64,000 bases of DNA, from positions 3,744,001 to 3,808,000 of the forward strand of contig CBDETK010000013.1 of assembly GCA_965242865.1 (NCBI GenBank), in the 5' to 3' direction. The DNA is from Candidatus Latescibacterota bacterium. GTDB lineage: Bacteria > Latescibacterota > UBA2968 > UBA8231. Position numbers and translations under genes: made by a program. A model generated the notes under the pieces. It saw nothing but the letters and a program-made list of their open reading frames with translations, was not told where the DNA came from and did no database searches. This document shows, in pieces, positions 19,411 through 29,056 of this stretch; positions within the stretch are counted from its first letter, which is position 1, and each line of letters opens with the position of its first letter.

Positions 19411-20484
19411 TTAGAACGCCGGAATGAACTTGTGGCACACGGGCGATGGCACTTCTGCTTTGTGGCCGGTCGGCGTCAGCTTGCCGGTGTCTGGATCGAC
19501 GCGGAAGGTGAAGATGTCGTCGGTGCTGTGGTTGCCGACGATTAGGTACGCGCCCGTGGGGTCGAGGCCAAAGTTGCGCGGGTTGGCTCCGCCAGTCGGC
19601 ACGATCTCGACGAGTGCGAGCTGGCTGGAGTCTGGGTCAATGGCATAGACGGCAATGGAGTCGTGGCCGCGATTGGACCCGTAGAGAAAGCGGCCGTTGG
19701 GGTGGACGTGGATGTCTGCGGTGTGGCTGACCTCGGCATAGCCTTCGGGCAGTGTTGAGATGGTCTGAGTGGTGGTGAGCGTACCAGCGTCGGCGTCGTA
19801 GTCGAAAGCCGTGATGGTGTTGCTCAGCTCGTTGATGACGTAAGCCCGTTGGCCATCGGGGTGGAAGGCGAGGTGGCGCGGACCACTGCCGGGGGCTATT
19901 GCCGGGGGCGTCTGTGCGCGGAGCGTCCCCTTGTCGTGGTCAATCGCATAGATGAGCACCTTGTCGATGCCCAAGTCTGGGGCCAAGGCGTGTTTGTTGT
20001 TGGGGGACACCATAATTGAGTGAGCGTGTGGCCCCTCTTGGCGGCTTGAGTTGACCGAAGAACCCTCGTGTTGGACAAAGTCCGTGGCCGCGCCGAGCGA
20101 GCCGTCTTCGCGGATTGGCAAAATGGCGACGCTGCCGCCGCCGTAGTTGGCTACCAGCGCGTACTGGCCCTCGCGGTCAATGCTGATGTGGCAAGGGCCG
20201 CGGCCAATGGTTGATTCGGTGTTGATGTGGGTCAAGGCCCCGGTCTGCTGGTCAATAGCAAAGGCCGCAACCGCGCCGCCGGGCCGGTCGCCGACCGCGC
20301 TGGTCTCGCCGATGGCGTAGAGGAAGCGGCGGTTGGGAGCGATGTCGAGGAAAGAAGGGTTGTCAATGCCGCCAATGCTGCTTTGGTGTGCGAGCGCACC
20401 CGTGGCCATGTCGAGGCGATAGACGTGGATGCCGTCCTCGTCGCCACTGGAATAGGTGCCGATATAGACGAGATAGTCGCTCAT
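19411..20484 (-). CDS. pgl: 6-phosphogluconolactonase/lactonase family beta-propeller
   Basis: YIGTYS, NPSFL, VANYGGGSV, RQEGPHAH, GSGPRH, YGSNRGHDSI, PRNF; AAGGAG RBS before 20484, alternative start 20553. Confidence 0.85.
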   Translation of the reverse strand: MSDYLVYIGTYSSGDEDGIHVYRLDMATGALAHQSSIGGIDNPSFLDIAPNRRFLYAIGETSAVGDRPGGAVAAFAIDQQTGALTHINTESTIGRGPCHISIDREGQYALVANYGGGSVAILPIREDGSLGAATDFVQHEGSSVNSSRQEGPHAHSIMVSPNNKHALAPDLGIDKVLIYAIDHDKGTLRAQTPPAIAPGSGPRHLAFHPDGQRAYVINELSNTITAFDYDADAGTLTTTQTISTLPEGYAEVSHTADIHVHPNGRFLYGSNRGHDSIAVYAIDPDSSQLALVEIVPTGGANPRNFGLDPTGAYLIVGNHSTDDIFTFRVDPDTGKLTPTGHKAEVPSPVCHKFIPAF

Positions 20485-20561
20485 GGTAGAACTCCTTTGC
20501 GCTGTGAAAGCGATGGAAGGGAAGAAGAGAAGAATGAGTAGATGCCATTTCATAAAACGTC

Positions 20562-20858
20562 TCATTGGCCGCTGGACACCTGAACCTCTGCGTACTCCGG
20601 CAGGGCTTTGACAATGAGTAGGGCGATGGCGTCGCAAGCGTCTGGGTGCGCAACCACGGCGTCGGCAGAACTGGGCTGGGGAATCTCCATGCCTGAGTAG
20701 GCCATACCCTCGATATGAAGGGCTAGGGCCTCGGCGGCCATTGCTCGGGCCTCCTCCAAGGAGACACCAGCGGTGATACAGCCGGGAAGGTCGGGGAAAC
20801 TCACGCCGTAGTCGCTGGTCGGCTCCTTGTGAATTAAGCCGATGTACGTTCTGTCCAT
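20562..20858 (-). CDS. hicB: HicB-family antitoxin (short form)
   Basis: YGVSFPDLPGCITAGVSLEEARAMAAEALALHIEGM..IPQPS. Confidence 0.9.
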   Translation of the reverse strand: MDRTYIGLIHKEPTSDYGVSFPDLPGCITAGVSLEEARAMAAEALALHIEGMAYSGMEIPQPSSADAVVAHPDACDAIALLIVKALPEYAEVQVSSGQ

Positions 20859-20867
20859 AGGGTCTCC

Positions 20868-21056
20868 TTATCGTAGTTTAAGCCCAGATTGTCTTTCGAT
20901 ATTCCGCAGCGTACCGGCTGGAAGATCGCGCCGCGGATGCGGAACGGTCACCAAACCGCGCTTTGCGGGGTGTTTCAAATGGTAATGCGATCCACGAATG
21001 CGGTCTATTTCCCAGCCATCTGCCCTTAGTCGCCTCAAAACGGTCTGGCTGTCCAT
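20868..21056 (-). CDS. hicA: HicA-family toxin
   Basis: MDSQTVLRRLRADGW..RGSHYHLKHP..VTVPHPRRDLPAGTLRNI. Confidence 0.9.
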   Translation of the reverse strand: MDSQTVLRRLRADGWEIDRIRGSHYHLKHPAKRGLVTVPHPRRDLPAGTLRNIERQSGLKLR

Positions 21057-21058
21057 CG

Positions 21059-23413
21059 CTAATAGACGACGGAAATGACACCGGTGCTCGTGTCGCGGCC
21101 CGACTCGGCTCCTAGGTCGAGGCGGTAGAGATACATGCCCGGTGCGACCAGAGCACCGGACTCGTCGCGGCCCGTCCAAGTGAAGCGGTGGCCCGTTGCG
21201 GTCGGCGTGGACCCGATCGCGGCAACTTGGCGGCCCGCTAGGTCGTAGAGCGCGAGCGTGGGGGTGGCCGCGTCTAGCTTGAATACCACGAAGCGCATGT
21301 CGAGCACATCGTTGACCCCGTCGCCGTTGGGCGTAATCGCGGGTGAGGCCAGTTCGAGCGCATCGATGAGTTGGCCGTGTGCTGCGAGTTCGGGCAGCAT
21401 CACGACTTGGGCGCGGCGCTCGGCTGGAACGACCGATTGCCAGAGGCCGGGCCGCTCGCTCAGCCCGAGGTCGAGGGAAAAAACCGTGGCGTTGTGCAAA
21501 ACCCGCGTGGTAAAACCCACCCGAACCGAGTCCTCGGTCACAACGCGCGGCAGGGCGACCCACAGGGAGTCGCCGCGCTGGTCAACGCGGGCCGGCGCGA
21601 CCGGCGCGGGGCCAATGTGTAATTCGAGGTCCTCGGCGTCAATCCGACCCGGCACAATAAAGCGCAACAGGTCAAACCCCGAGTCCTCAGCCGCCAGCTG
21701 CGGCCAAAGCGTATAGGTGAAGCGAGTGTCCTCGTTGGGGATGGCTTGGCGCGGCTCAATGCGGCCTACTGCGCCCTGCAATAGCGCGTCCTCAAACTCG
21801 ACCGAGAGCGAATGGACCACCGGCGCCACGCTGGGGTCGTCCGTAGAGAGGATTAGCTCCAGCAGGACAAAGCGGCGCGGGCTTTCCGACTGGAATGCCT
21901 CGCCCGAGAACTGATAGACATTGCTCCATTCCCCCCAATCCTCGCCCACCACGAGCGTTGTATCGACCGGGCCGCGCAGCACCTTGGGCGAACTCTTCCA
22001 CTTCTCCTCGGTGACCTGTTCGCCGATCTTGTTGTAAAACGTATAGACCGGCTCCAGCGAATTGCCCGAGCGCGAACGCAGTTGCAGGTGGGTGCCCGCG
22101 GCGAGCTCGGCGTCCCAAGCGAGGTTTTTGATGACCTTTGGACGACCGTCGCCCGAAATCTGGCCCAAGTCCACGAAATCCGAGTGCAAGACCACTTCGG
22201 CGGGATAGCCCGGCGAGAAGAGCATGAACTCGGCCCATTTGACAATCCCCCAGCCGGTGTCGCGGATGCCGTGCCAGAAGAAGTAGCGCATCTTGCGCGG
22301 CTTGAACATATAGCGAATGTAGAGCAGGCGGTCGCCATTGGGGTTGACGTGGGTCAGCAGCTCGGTGTAGTCAAACGCATCGGGCACGGGCAGATTGGAG
22401 CTGAGGCTGCGGGCACCATCGGAATAGAGCACGGTATGGCCCGGGCCGGTGCCATTGATCGAAAAGCCCACCAAGCCCTCGTCGGGCCGAAAGGAGTAGA
22501 GAAAGAACTCATCAACGAAGAACACCGCCCCCAGATCCACGCCAAACCACACCCCGCCCTCCTTCCAGCCGAGGCTGCCGTAAGAAGAGCCGATTAGGTT
22601 GTTGGTGTTCATGTCGGCGTCGAAGAGGTTTTGCGGATCGACCGAATTGATCCCGTTGACAAAGCGGCCCCGCTGCATGGTGCCAATGCTGAGGTTGTCG
22701 CCGATGGCGCGGACCTCGATTTCGGCCAAGGCCGCGCCCGGAGATTTCTCTTCGACCTCAATGCGGACGCGCTGGATCACCCTATAGTTGTTTTGGGCGG
22801 CCGGGTCGCCATCCAAGCCTTGGTCGAGCTGCAGGACGCTGTCGCGGGCGGCGAACCCGAGGGGGATGACGATTTCGCGGTCTGCGTTGGGCTGGGTCGT
22901 GCGGAAGAGCGGGTCTAGCAGCACTAAGTCGTCTTGGACCGAGATGCGGGTCCCGGTGCTGCCGTACACGGTAAACTGGCGGAAGGGACGCACGTCCTCT
23001 GCGTCGGGAAAGACCAGGCGGATCTCTCGGGCCAGCACGGCCCGGCCCAAGTCTATTTCAATGGCCCAGTCCTCAATGGCATCGGCTGGGTCTGGACGCC
23101 AGAAGGTCTGGAAGTCCCCGTCGATGATGTAAGTTGCATCGGCTGGGTTGGAGGCCGCCTCCCAGATGCCGCCCGCCACGCGCCCGCGCCTCTTGCTTTC
23201 GTAGGAGAATCGATCGGCATCAGCGACCGCGTTGATATCCTTGCGGAACTTGACGAGTTGAAGCTGGCCGTCCTCGCCCACCTCGGTCAGGCCGAAAGGC
23301 AGCTGCCAAGTTGCCCAAGCATCTCGCCCTTGGAAGGTCAGGGTTTCGCTGCCAGCGGCCACGACGGCAAACGCGACCCAAACGAGCGGCCAAAGAAATC
23401 GCATCGTTCCCAC
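21059..23413 (-). CDS. Secreted beta-rich protein with discoidin-like segments and C-terminal FlgD/T9SS-CTD-like domain
   Basis: Signal peptide; IDGD..W..IEIDLG; C-terminal ITPNGDGVND..LYDLAGRQV..WTGRDESG..PGMYLY. Confidence 0.7.
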   Translation of the reverse strand: MGTMRFLWPLVWVAFAVVAAGSETLTFQGRDAWATWQLPFGLTEVGEDGQLQLVKFRKDINAVADADRFSYESKRRGRVAGGIWEAASNPADATYIIDGDFQTFWRPDPADAIEDWAIEIDLGRAVLAREIRLVFPDAEDVRPFRQFTVYGSTGTRISVQDDLVLLDPLFRTTQPNADREIVIPLGFAARDSVLQLDQGLDGDPAAQNNYRVIQRVRIEVEEKSPGAALAEIEVRAIGDNLSIGTMQRGRFVNGINSVDPQNLFDADMNTNNLIGSSYGSLGWKEGGVWFGVDLGAVFFVDEFFLYSFRPDEGLVGFSINGTGPGHTVLYSDGARSLSSNLPVPDAFDYTELLTHVNPNGDRLLYIRYMFKPRKMRYFFWHGIRDTGWGIVKWAEFMLFSPGYPAEVVLHSDFVDLGQISGDGRPKVIKNLAWDAELAAGTHLQLRSRSGNSLEPVYTFYNKIGEQVTEEKWKSSPKVLRGPVDTTLVVGEDWGEWSNVYQFSGEAFQSESPRRFVLLELILSTDDPSVAPVVHSLSVEFEDALLQGAVGRIEPRQAIPNEDTRFTYTLWPQLAAEDSGFDLLRFIVPGRIDAEDLELHIGPAPVAPARVDQRGDSLWVALPRVVTEDSVRVGFTTRVLHNATVFSLDLGLSERPGLWQSVVPAERRAQVVMLPELAAHGQLIDALELASPAITPNGDGVNDVLDMRFVVFKLDAATPTLALYDLAGRQVAAIGSTPTATGHRFTWTGRDESGALVAPGMYLYRLDLGAESGRDTSTGVISVVY

Positions 23414-23415
23414 CC

Positions 23416-25467
23416 TCAGTACGCGATGCCCAATGGGCGGAGCAAGGCAGCCGCACGGAGCTCGGATTGCAGGGCTACCGAGATTAGGTACACGCCCGGA
23501 GGCAGGGCGCGGCCCTCGGCGTCGCGGCCGTCCCAGCGCACCCGTTGCGGCCCGGCCGTTTGCAAGCCTTGGGGCACGGTCGCCAGGCGGCGTCCGTCGA
23601 GCGCGTAGATCGCCAGTTCGACGGGCACTTGTTCCGGCAGGCCATAGAGGGCATAGGCCACGTCGAGCTCGTCGTGAACGCCGTCGCCATTGGGCGTCAA
23701 CACGGGCGTTGAAAGGCGCAAGTCTTGCAGTAGGGCCGGTTGCTGATCCGCAAAACTGAGGACGCGCAGGCTATTGGTGGAGAGCGTTTCGCTCGCGTCG
23801 CCCGATACGATGGGTTGGGGCAAGGTCTCGACCTGTGAATCCGCGACTGTGCCCAAGAACGTGGTGGCCAGTTCAAAAACCTCCGCTGCAAAGACGATGC
23901 GCAACAGCGCGTTGTTGGTGCGGGTGACGCGCTCAGGCAGGATCACCGTTAGCCCGTCGTCCTCTTCGCGGACAGCGGCTGGGGCGGTCGCTTGGCCGCT
24001 GACGAGCAATTCTTTGAACGCGGGCCGGGCCCCGGTGTGGATATGCACTTGGTCGAAGCCGCGCTGATTCCCCCCGGAAAAGGAGGCCGCTAGGTCGTAC
24101 GCAAACTCGACCATTTCGCCCAAGGCGACCTCGCCGAACCCGTGCGCGGGCCGCGGGTCGGCGAGCGGGGCCACTTCGCCGAGGACGCGCGTGGCCAACA
24201 GCGGCGCCCGCTCGACCCACAGCGAGTCCAAACGCACAAAATCCTCAAAGCGGGTGCTGTGAAAAGTGATGAATACTTGGATGAAGGAACCGCTGTCGAG
24301 GTTGAGCGGCAGGCCCGACTGAGTCGTGGGCGTTGACCAGAAGGTCCAGTTATCGCGGTCGTAGGTGACTCCGGCTCGCATTCCGGGCCGGGGACTGCGC
24401 TGGACGAAGTCGCAGGAGGCGCACGTACGGGCGAACCCCGTGCGGAGGTCGTTCTCGTAGCGGGCGCGGGAGACGACCTTCTCCTTGCCGGTGACCGTGT
24501 ATTCGTGATAAATGTTCGGGTCGTCGTCCCGGCCCGTGCGCACCTCAATCTCGGCGAAGGCCCGGGCATCCGGTGCCTCAACGGCCTCGCCGTTGACGAC
24601 GCGCATGGGCGTGGCGGCAAAGAACAATCGGCCAAAGTTTTGCTCGGCCCCGAGGTCGATGATCTTGGAGCGGTACGTAGCTCGCTTGGGAAAGCCCTGG
24701 CCATAGACCTCGAACTCGCTGATGGTGCCCAAGAGCGAGCGGGCTTGATTGCCTTGGCCGCCGGACGTGCCGCTAACGCGGGTCAGGGCCGTTTCGTCGA
24801 TGATGGAAAATTTGCGGGCCCAGCGGAAGAAGCGCACGTATTGCTGGTCGAAGTCAATGTGTACGTCAGGCGCGAAATTTTCGGTCGGCTCAGCGACAAT
24901 CCGCGCGAGGGGCTGCGGCCCTTTGACGGCGAAAATCTCGCTGTTTTCCTCTTGGATTGAGACTTGGAAGGCCGGCGTCGAATCCGTGGGCAGCGGCGTA
25001 CCGTCGGAGCGGAAACCGCTCGAAGGGGTGTGGAAGCCGAAGGTGTGCGCCGGCATGGGTACGGCCAAGTCAATGGTGAAAAACTGCTTGCCGATGCCCT
25101 CGGCCTTGGAGGAATTGTACGTGGTGCTGTCTGCATCGATGAGTGCGACGCCGTTTTCAGTGGGGTCGCCGTTGCCCTCGTTCCACTTCCAGATGCGGGG
25201 GCGCTCGCCGTCGATATAGCCCAGCTCTTTGGGCTGGCGAAAAGTCGTCCAGTTGTTGAGCAGGGAAATGATGTTGACGCCCGGCTCGACGAGCACCGGC
25301 TGGATGGCACCGGGGACGCGCTCAAAGTCGATCATAATGCTCACCGTGTCTTGGCCGACCCAAGGCTGGCTGCCGCCGAGTTGCCAAGTCGTCACCTCAG
25401 CGTTTGGGGCGGTCGGCGCTAGAAGCCCGATGCTAACGGCGAGCCAAAAGCTGCGAATGCGCGGCAT
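23416..25467 (-). CDS. Secreted protein with C-terminal FlgD/T9SS-CTD-like domain (paralogue of 21059-23413)
   Basis: Signal peptide; LTPNGDGVHD..IYALDGRRL..WDGRDAEG..PPGVY. Confidence 0.7.
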   Translation of the reverse strand: MPRIRSFWLAVSIGLLAPTAPNAEVTTWQLGGSQPWVGQDTVSIMIDFERVPGAIQPVLVEPGVNIISLLNNWTTFRQPKELGYIDGERPRIWKWNEGNGDPTENGVALIDADSTTYNSSKAEGIGKQFFTIDLAVPMPAHTFGFHTPSSGFRSDGTPLPTDSTPAFQVSIQEENSEIFAVKGPQPLARIVAEPTENFAPDVHIDFDQQYVRFFRWARKFSIIDETALTRVSGTSGGQGNQARSLLGTISEFEVYGQGFPKRATYRSKIIDLGAEQNFGRLFFAATPMRVVNGEAVEAPDARAFAEIEVRTGRDDDPNIYHEYTVTGKEKVVSRARYENDLRTGFARTCASCDFVQRSPRPGMRAGVTYDRDNWTFWSTPTTQSGLPLNLDSGSFIQVFITFHSTRFEDFVRLDSLWVERAPLLATRVLGEVAPLADPRPAHGFGEVALGEMVEFAYDLAASFSGGNQRGFDQVHIHTGARPAFKELLVSGQATAPAAVREEDDGLTVILPERVTRTNNALLRIVFAAEVFELATTFLGTVADSQVETLPQPIVSGDASETLSTNSLRVLSFADQQPALLQDLRLSTPVLTPNGDGVHDELDVAYALYGLPEQVPVELAIYALDGRRLATVPQGLQTAGPQRVRWDGRDAEGRALPPGVYLISVALQSELRAAALLRPLGIAY

Positions 25468-25477
25468 GTCCTGCCTC

Positions 25478-26218
25478 CTAGCGGAAGTGCGCGTCGGCCG
25501 CGTGGGCGGCCCCCGGGCCGCGTTCCATCCTCATGAGCTGGCGCTGACGCGGGCTCAAGCCATCCCACCACTCAGGCGGAAAGCCGTCGTGCGGGTCGAG
25601 CTGAAATACCAGCATGTGCTTTCGATAGTGGCCGAAGAGGGCGTGGCGGTTGTGGTCGCTGGTGTTGGCGCCGCCGCCGTGCCAGCACTGGCCGTTAAAG
25701 ACGATCACCGAGCCGGCCGGGGCTGTCGGCTGGACCTCGTGCTGGACGGCAAATCCCGCTGGGGGCGCGGCGAGGCCGCTCTTGTGCGAGCCGGGCACTA
25801 CGCGGGTGCCGCCGATCGCGGGGCTGAAGTCGTTGAGCATCCACACCGTATTCATCATCACCGGCGTGTCCATGTTGAGCATGTAAGCGGGGATGTCGCT
25901 GTGCAGGTCTTGGAAGCCGTCGCCGGGGCGAACGATACGCGAGTTGAGGCTGCCCAAAATCAGCGAGGGCTCGAGAAAGTGCTCGAGGACCGGCAAGACG
26001 CGGGGGTGGTCAATGCACTGGTGGAAGATGCGATCCATGACCGGGAGATTGGCTACGTGGCGGGCCGAGCCGCGGTGGGTGTGTTCGGTGCCGTGCTCTT
26101 GTTCGCAGCGGATCAGGGCTTGGCGCATGGCCACGGCAGTGTCGGGGTCGAGGACGCTTTCGAGCAGGGTGAAGCCGTAGAGTTCGATTTCTTGGACGGC
26201 TTGTTCGAGTTCGTTCAT
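25478..26218 (-). CDS. PhyH-family dioxygenase
   Basis: LHSD (HxD), GGTRVVPGSH, WHGGGAN, NRHA. Confidence 0.85.
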   Translation of the reverse strand: MNELEQAVQEIELYGFTLLESVLDPDTAVAMRQALIRCEQEHGTEHTHRGSARHVANLPVMDRIFHQCIDHPRVLPVLEHFLEPSLILGSLNSRIVRPGDGFQDLHSDIPAYMLNMDTPVMMNTVWMLNDFSPAIGGTRVVPGSHKSGLAAPPAGFAVQHEVQPTAPAGSVIVFNGQCWHGGGANTSDHNRHALFGHYRKHMLVFQLDPHDGFPPEWWDGLSPRQRQLMRMERGPGAAHAADAHFR

Positions 26219-26322
26219 AAGGGTCTCCTTTACAAGGGGCCTAAAATAAGCCCGCAAAGTTCACTTCGGCAACTGACTGGTTTTAACCGGCAAGGCCCAA
26301 GGTGTCCAGCAAAAAGCGGCGA

Positions 26323-27042
26323 TTACGCCGCGTAGAGTGCCTCTGCGATCATGCGCAGCGACAGGAGCGTGATCACGACCCTGAAGACCTTGCGGAAGAG
26401 GCTCTCGGAAACCCGGTCGCGCAAGCGCGTCCCGCTCCACGAACCGAGTGCTGCCGCGCCAATCATTCCGGCGATGAGCGGCAAGTAGGGCGCGAAGGCA
26501 AAGCCGACAAAGCCGAAGACCAGAATTTTGCACAGGTGGGTGACGACCATAACCATGCCGTGGGTAATGACCAAGCGATCCTTGGGCAACCCCGCGCTGG
26601 CTAAGAAGACACCAGTCAGGGGCCCAGCGACGCCGACGAACAGGGCGAAAAAGGTCTGAAGGGCACCGAACAGGGCGAAGTGGCCGGGGAGGCGAAAAGC
26701 GCGTTTGGGCGCGGGAATCCAGACGACGAGGAGGATGAAAACGCCTAGGTACAGGGGCAGATCGTCAAAGCGGAAGCCGCCCATGACCTGCGCCCCCGCA
26801 ACAGCACCGAGGACTGCACCGCCCGCGAAGGGCCAGAAGACGCGCCAGTCGATGTGGCGAAAGCCAAAGAATACGCGGCTGGCGTTGGAGGCTAGCTGCA
26901 CGGCACCGTGGATGGGGATGATGGCCGCGGCAGGCAGCAGGCCCGGCATGACCGAGATCAGCGCGATACCGCCGCCCACGCCGATGATCGCGGTAAAGGC
27001 CGACGTCAGGAAGGAGACGCCGATCAGGAAAAAGAGATCCAT
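26323..27042 (-). CDS. TauE/SafE sulfite exporter family
   Basis: Multi-TM; IGVGGG, PIHGAVQLASNASR, GVAGP. Confidence 0.8.
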   Translation of the reverse strand: MDLFFLIGVSFLTSAFTAIIGVGGGIALISVMPGLLPAAAIIPIHGAVQLASNASRVFFGFRHIDWRVFWPFAGGAVLGAVAGAQVMGGFRFDDLPLYLGVFILLVVWIPAPKRAFRLPGHFALFGALQTFFALFVGVAGPLTGVFLASAGLPKDRLVITHGMVMVVTHLCKILVFGFVGFAFAPYLPLIAGMIGAAALGSWSGTRLRDRVSESLFRKVFRVVITLLSLRMIAEALYAA

Positions 27043-28068
27043 TCAGTCGGCAAGCACTTCCTCGGCATAGGCGAACAGGGCGGGGTTGCCGCCGGTGTGC
27101 AGGAAGAGCGCCTCGCCGTCAAGCCCGCCATCGCGTGCGTGGGCAAAAAGGCCGGCGAGGGCCTTGCTGGTGTACACGGGATCGAGGAGAATGCCCTCTT
27201 TGCGCGCCAAAGTACGCAGAGCATCCAAGCCGGCCGGAGTGGGGATGCCGTACCCCTCGCCGACGAAGGAATCGTCGTTGTCGAAGTCAGCGGCGTTCAT
27301 GGCCATGTCGAGGCCGAGGCGACGAGCGGCTTGGTTGGCGAGGGCGGCCATGTCCGCGTGGCGGCTGTCGGCACCGGGGAAAGGACTGAAGCCGCGGACC
27401 TGGATCGGCGACTCGATATACGCTAGGCCTAACGCCACGCCGGCTTGGGTGGTGTCGAGAGCGCAGAGATAGAGGTAAGACGGATTGATGCCTTGCTCTT
27501 GGCATTGGCGGGCAATTTCCACGCCCACTTCGGCATAGGCGATGGCGTCGAGGTCGATGGTATCTTCGCGGCGCGGCCAGTACGCGTTTTTCCCTTGGGC
27601 GGAAAGCTCTTCGACCTTGGCTTGGATGGCGTCTTGTTGGCCGCGCCGGTCGCCTTCGGCTAGGATGGTGATCTGGGCGCCGAGCAGGTGCTGGAGCAGG
27701 TTGTTGCCTTGGGATTCGGTGCGGTCGATTGCGCGCACGGGCCGGAGGATCAGGTGCAATTCCAAGTCTAGCTTGGCGCAGGCCGCGGCGAGTTGGCGGC
27801 AGTAGTTGGACTGCACGGCCGCGCCCGAGACGATGGTATCGGCACCTTGGGCCAAGGCGTCGGCCAAGGCAAACTCGAACATCCGCGTCTTGTTGCCGCC
27901 AAAGGCCAGCCCCGTCAGGTCGTCGCGCTTGATGTAGAGAGCAGGGCTGTCGAGATGGGCCGTTAGGCGCGGCAGCGGCTCCAGCGGGGTGGGGCGGATT
28001 GAGGCTAGCGGGACGCGGGGTAGCTTGGCGATGGTTGCGGTGAGGGCGTTGGCTTTTGCAGGGTTCAT
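27043..28068 (-). CDS. PLP-dependent D-cysteine desulfhydrase/cysteate sulfo-lyase family
   Basis: PTPL, YIKRDDLTGLAFGGNKTR, GAVQSN, LLDPVYTSKA, FLHTGG. Confidence 0.85.
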   Translation of the reverse strand: MNPAKANALTATIAKLPRVPLASIRPTPLEPLPRLTAHLDSPALYIKRDDLTGLAFGGNKTRMFEFALADALAQGADTIVSGAAVQSNYCRQLAAACAKLDLELHLILRPVRAIDRTESQGNNLLQHLLGAQITILAEGDRRGQQDAIQAKVEELSAQGKNAYWPRREDTIDLDAIAYAEVGVEIARQCQEQGINPSYLYLCALDTTQAGVALGLAYIESPIQVRGFSPFPGADSRHADMAALANQAARRLGLDMAMNAADFDNDDSFVGEGYGIPTPAGLDALRTLARKEGILLDPVYTSKALAGLFAHARDGGLDGEALFLHTGGNPALFAYAEEVLAD

Positions 28069-28240
28069 GGAGAGTCTCCTTTGGGTAGCGTCGGGTGGTC
28101 GTTTGGCGGTGGCAGGGTTGCGGCGCACAGCAAATCCGCGTCTAGGTTGGGGGGTAGGATAAGAGGTGTCAAGGGTTTGTGAAGGGGGGGTGGGATGCGT
28201 AGTTTACCTGGAAGCAGAGAGCGATAGAAAGGGGGAAAGC

Positions 28241-29044
28241 ATGAGGTACGTTTATCATGTTCATCTCGAGGAGTTGGACCGACAATACGCCCCGGTCTGT
28301 CCGGCATATCAGCGACAGACCCTGTGGTTTGCATTCGACTATTGGGAATTGAAGCCAAGGCAAGTGCGCCCGGTGGAAGGTACGTGGCTAGCGTGTGAAC
28401 AAGGCTATGTGGTTGCGAACGGGTCGGTGGAGTTGACCGTGCGGCAGCAGCGAGTAAAAAGCGGCGGAAAGGTCGGCTTTATCGTCGATCACACTCGGTG
28501 CGATCACGTGCTGAAAAACTTGTCCAATACGTATGTACCTGTACTGCGCGTACGCGTCGCGCTACAGGACTATCGGCCAACGCAAGAGATGCGCCAGATT
28601 GCGCCGGAGGAGGAGGTAACGCTAGATGTGCCGCCCAAAACCGGGACCTTTGACGCGCAAAAGCTAACGTGGCGCGACGCCATTCACGGCGGCTGCGGTC
28701 AGATCGCCACCCGGCACGTGCTGTCGCCCAAGGATTTTTACAGTGACTGGACCTTTCTCGACCATGCGATCCTCGCCCCCGGTAGCTCCGTCGGGTATCA
28801 CTACCACGACGAGTTAGAGGAGAGCTTTTGGGTGCTGAAGGGACAAGGGCTGATGACGCTTGCCGACAAAACCTTTGCAGTGAGGCCGGGATCGGTTACT
28901 TGGCAGGGCATTGGGCAGGGGCACGGCATGTACAATCCCGGGCCGGAAAATCTGGAGTTTGTGCGCATCGCCGTGAAACAAGCAAACAAAGAGTACACGA
29001 CCATTGACCTGCACGACGATTTGTCGTCGCGCAGGCCGACTTGA
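28241..29044 (+). CDS. Cupin-domain protein
   Basis: IHGGCG, LAPGSSVGYHYHDELEESFWVLKG, GHGMYN. Confidence 0.75.
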   Translation: MRYVYHVHLEELDRQYAPVCPAYQRQTLWFAFDYWELKPRQVRPVEGTWLACEQGYVVANGSVELTVRQQRVKSGGKVGFIVDHTRCDHVLKNLSNTYVPVLRVRVALQDYRPTQEMRQIAPEEEVTLDVPPKTGTFDAQKLTWRDAIHGGCGQIATRHVLSPKDFYSDWTFLDHAILAPGSSVGYHYHDELEESFWVLKGQGLMTLADKTFAVRPGSVTWQGIGQGHGMYNPGPENLEFVRIAVKQANKEYTTIDLHDDLSSRRPT

Positions 29045-29056
29045 GAAAGGAAGACC

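Noticed and set aside
25229-26335. Long antisense or alternate-frame ORFs (also 38000-38926, 48529-49416 and others)
   Set aside because: Shadow ORFs of well-supported genes in GC-rich DNA, with no motifs.
27043-28068. ACC deaminase call
   Set aside because: Lacks the diagnostic Glu (DPVYE) and Leu (HLGG) residues.
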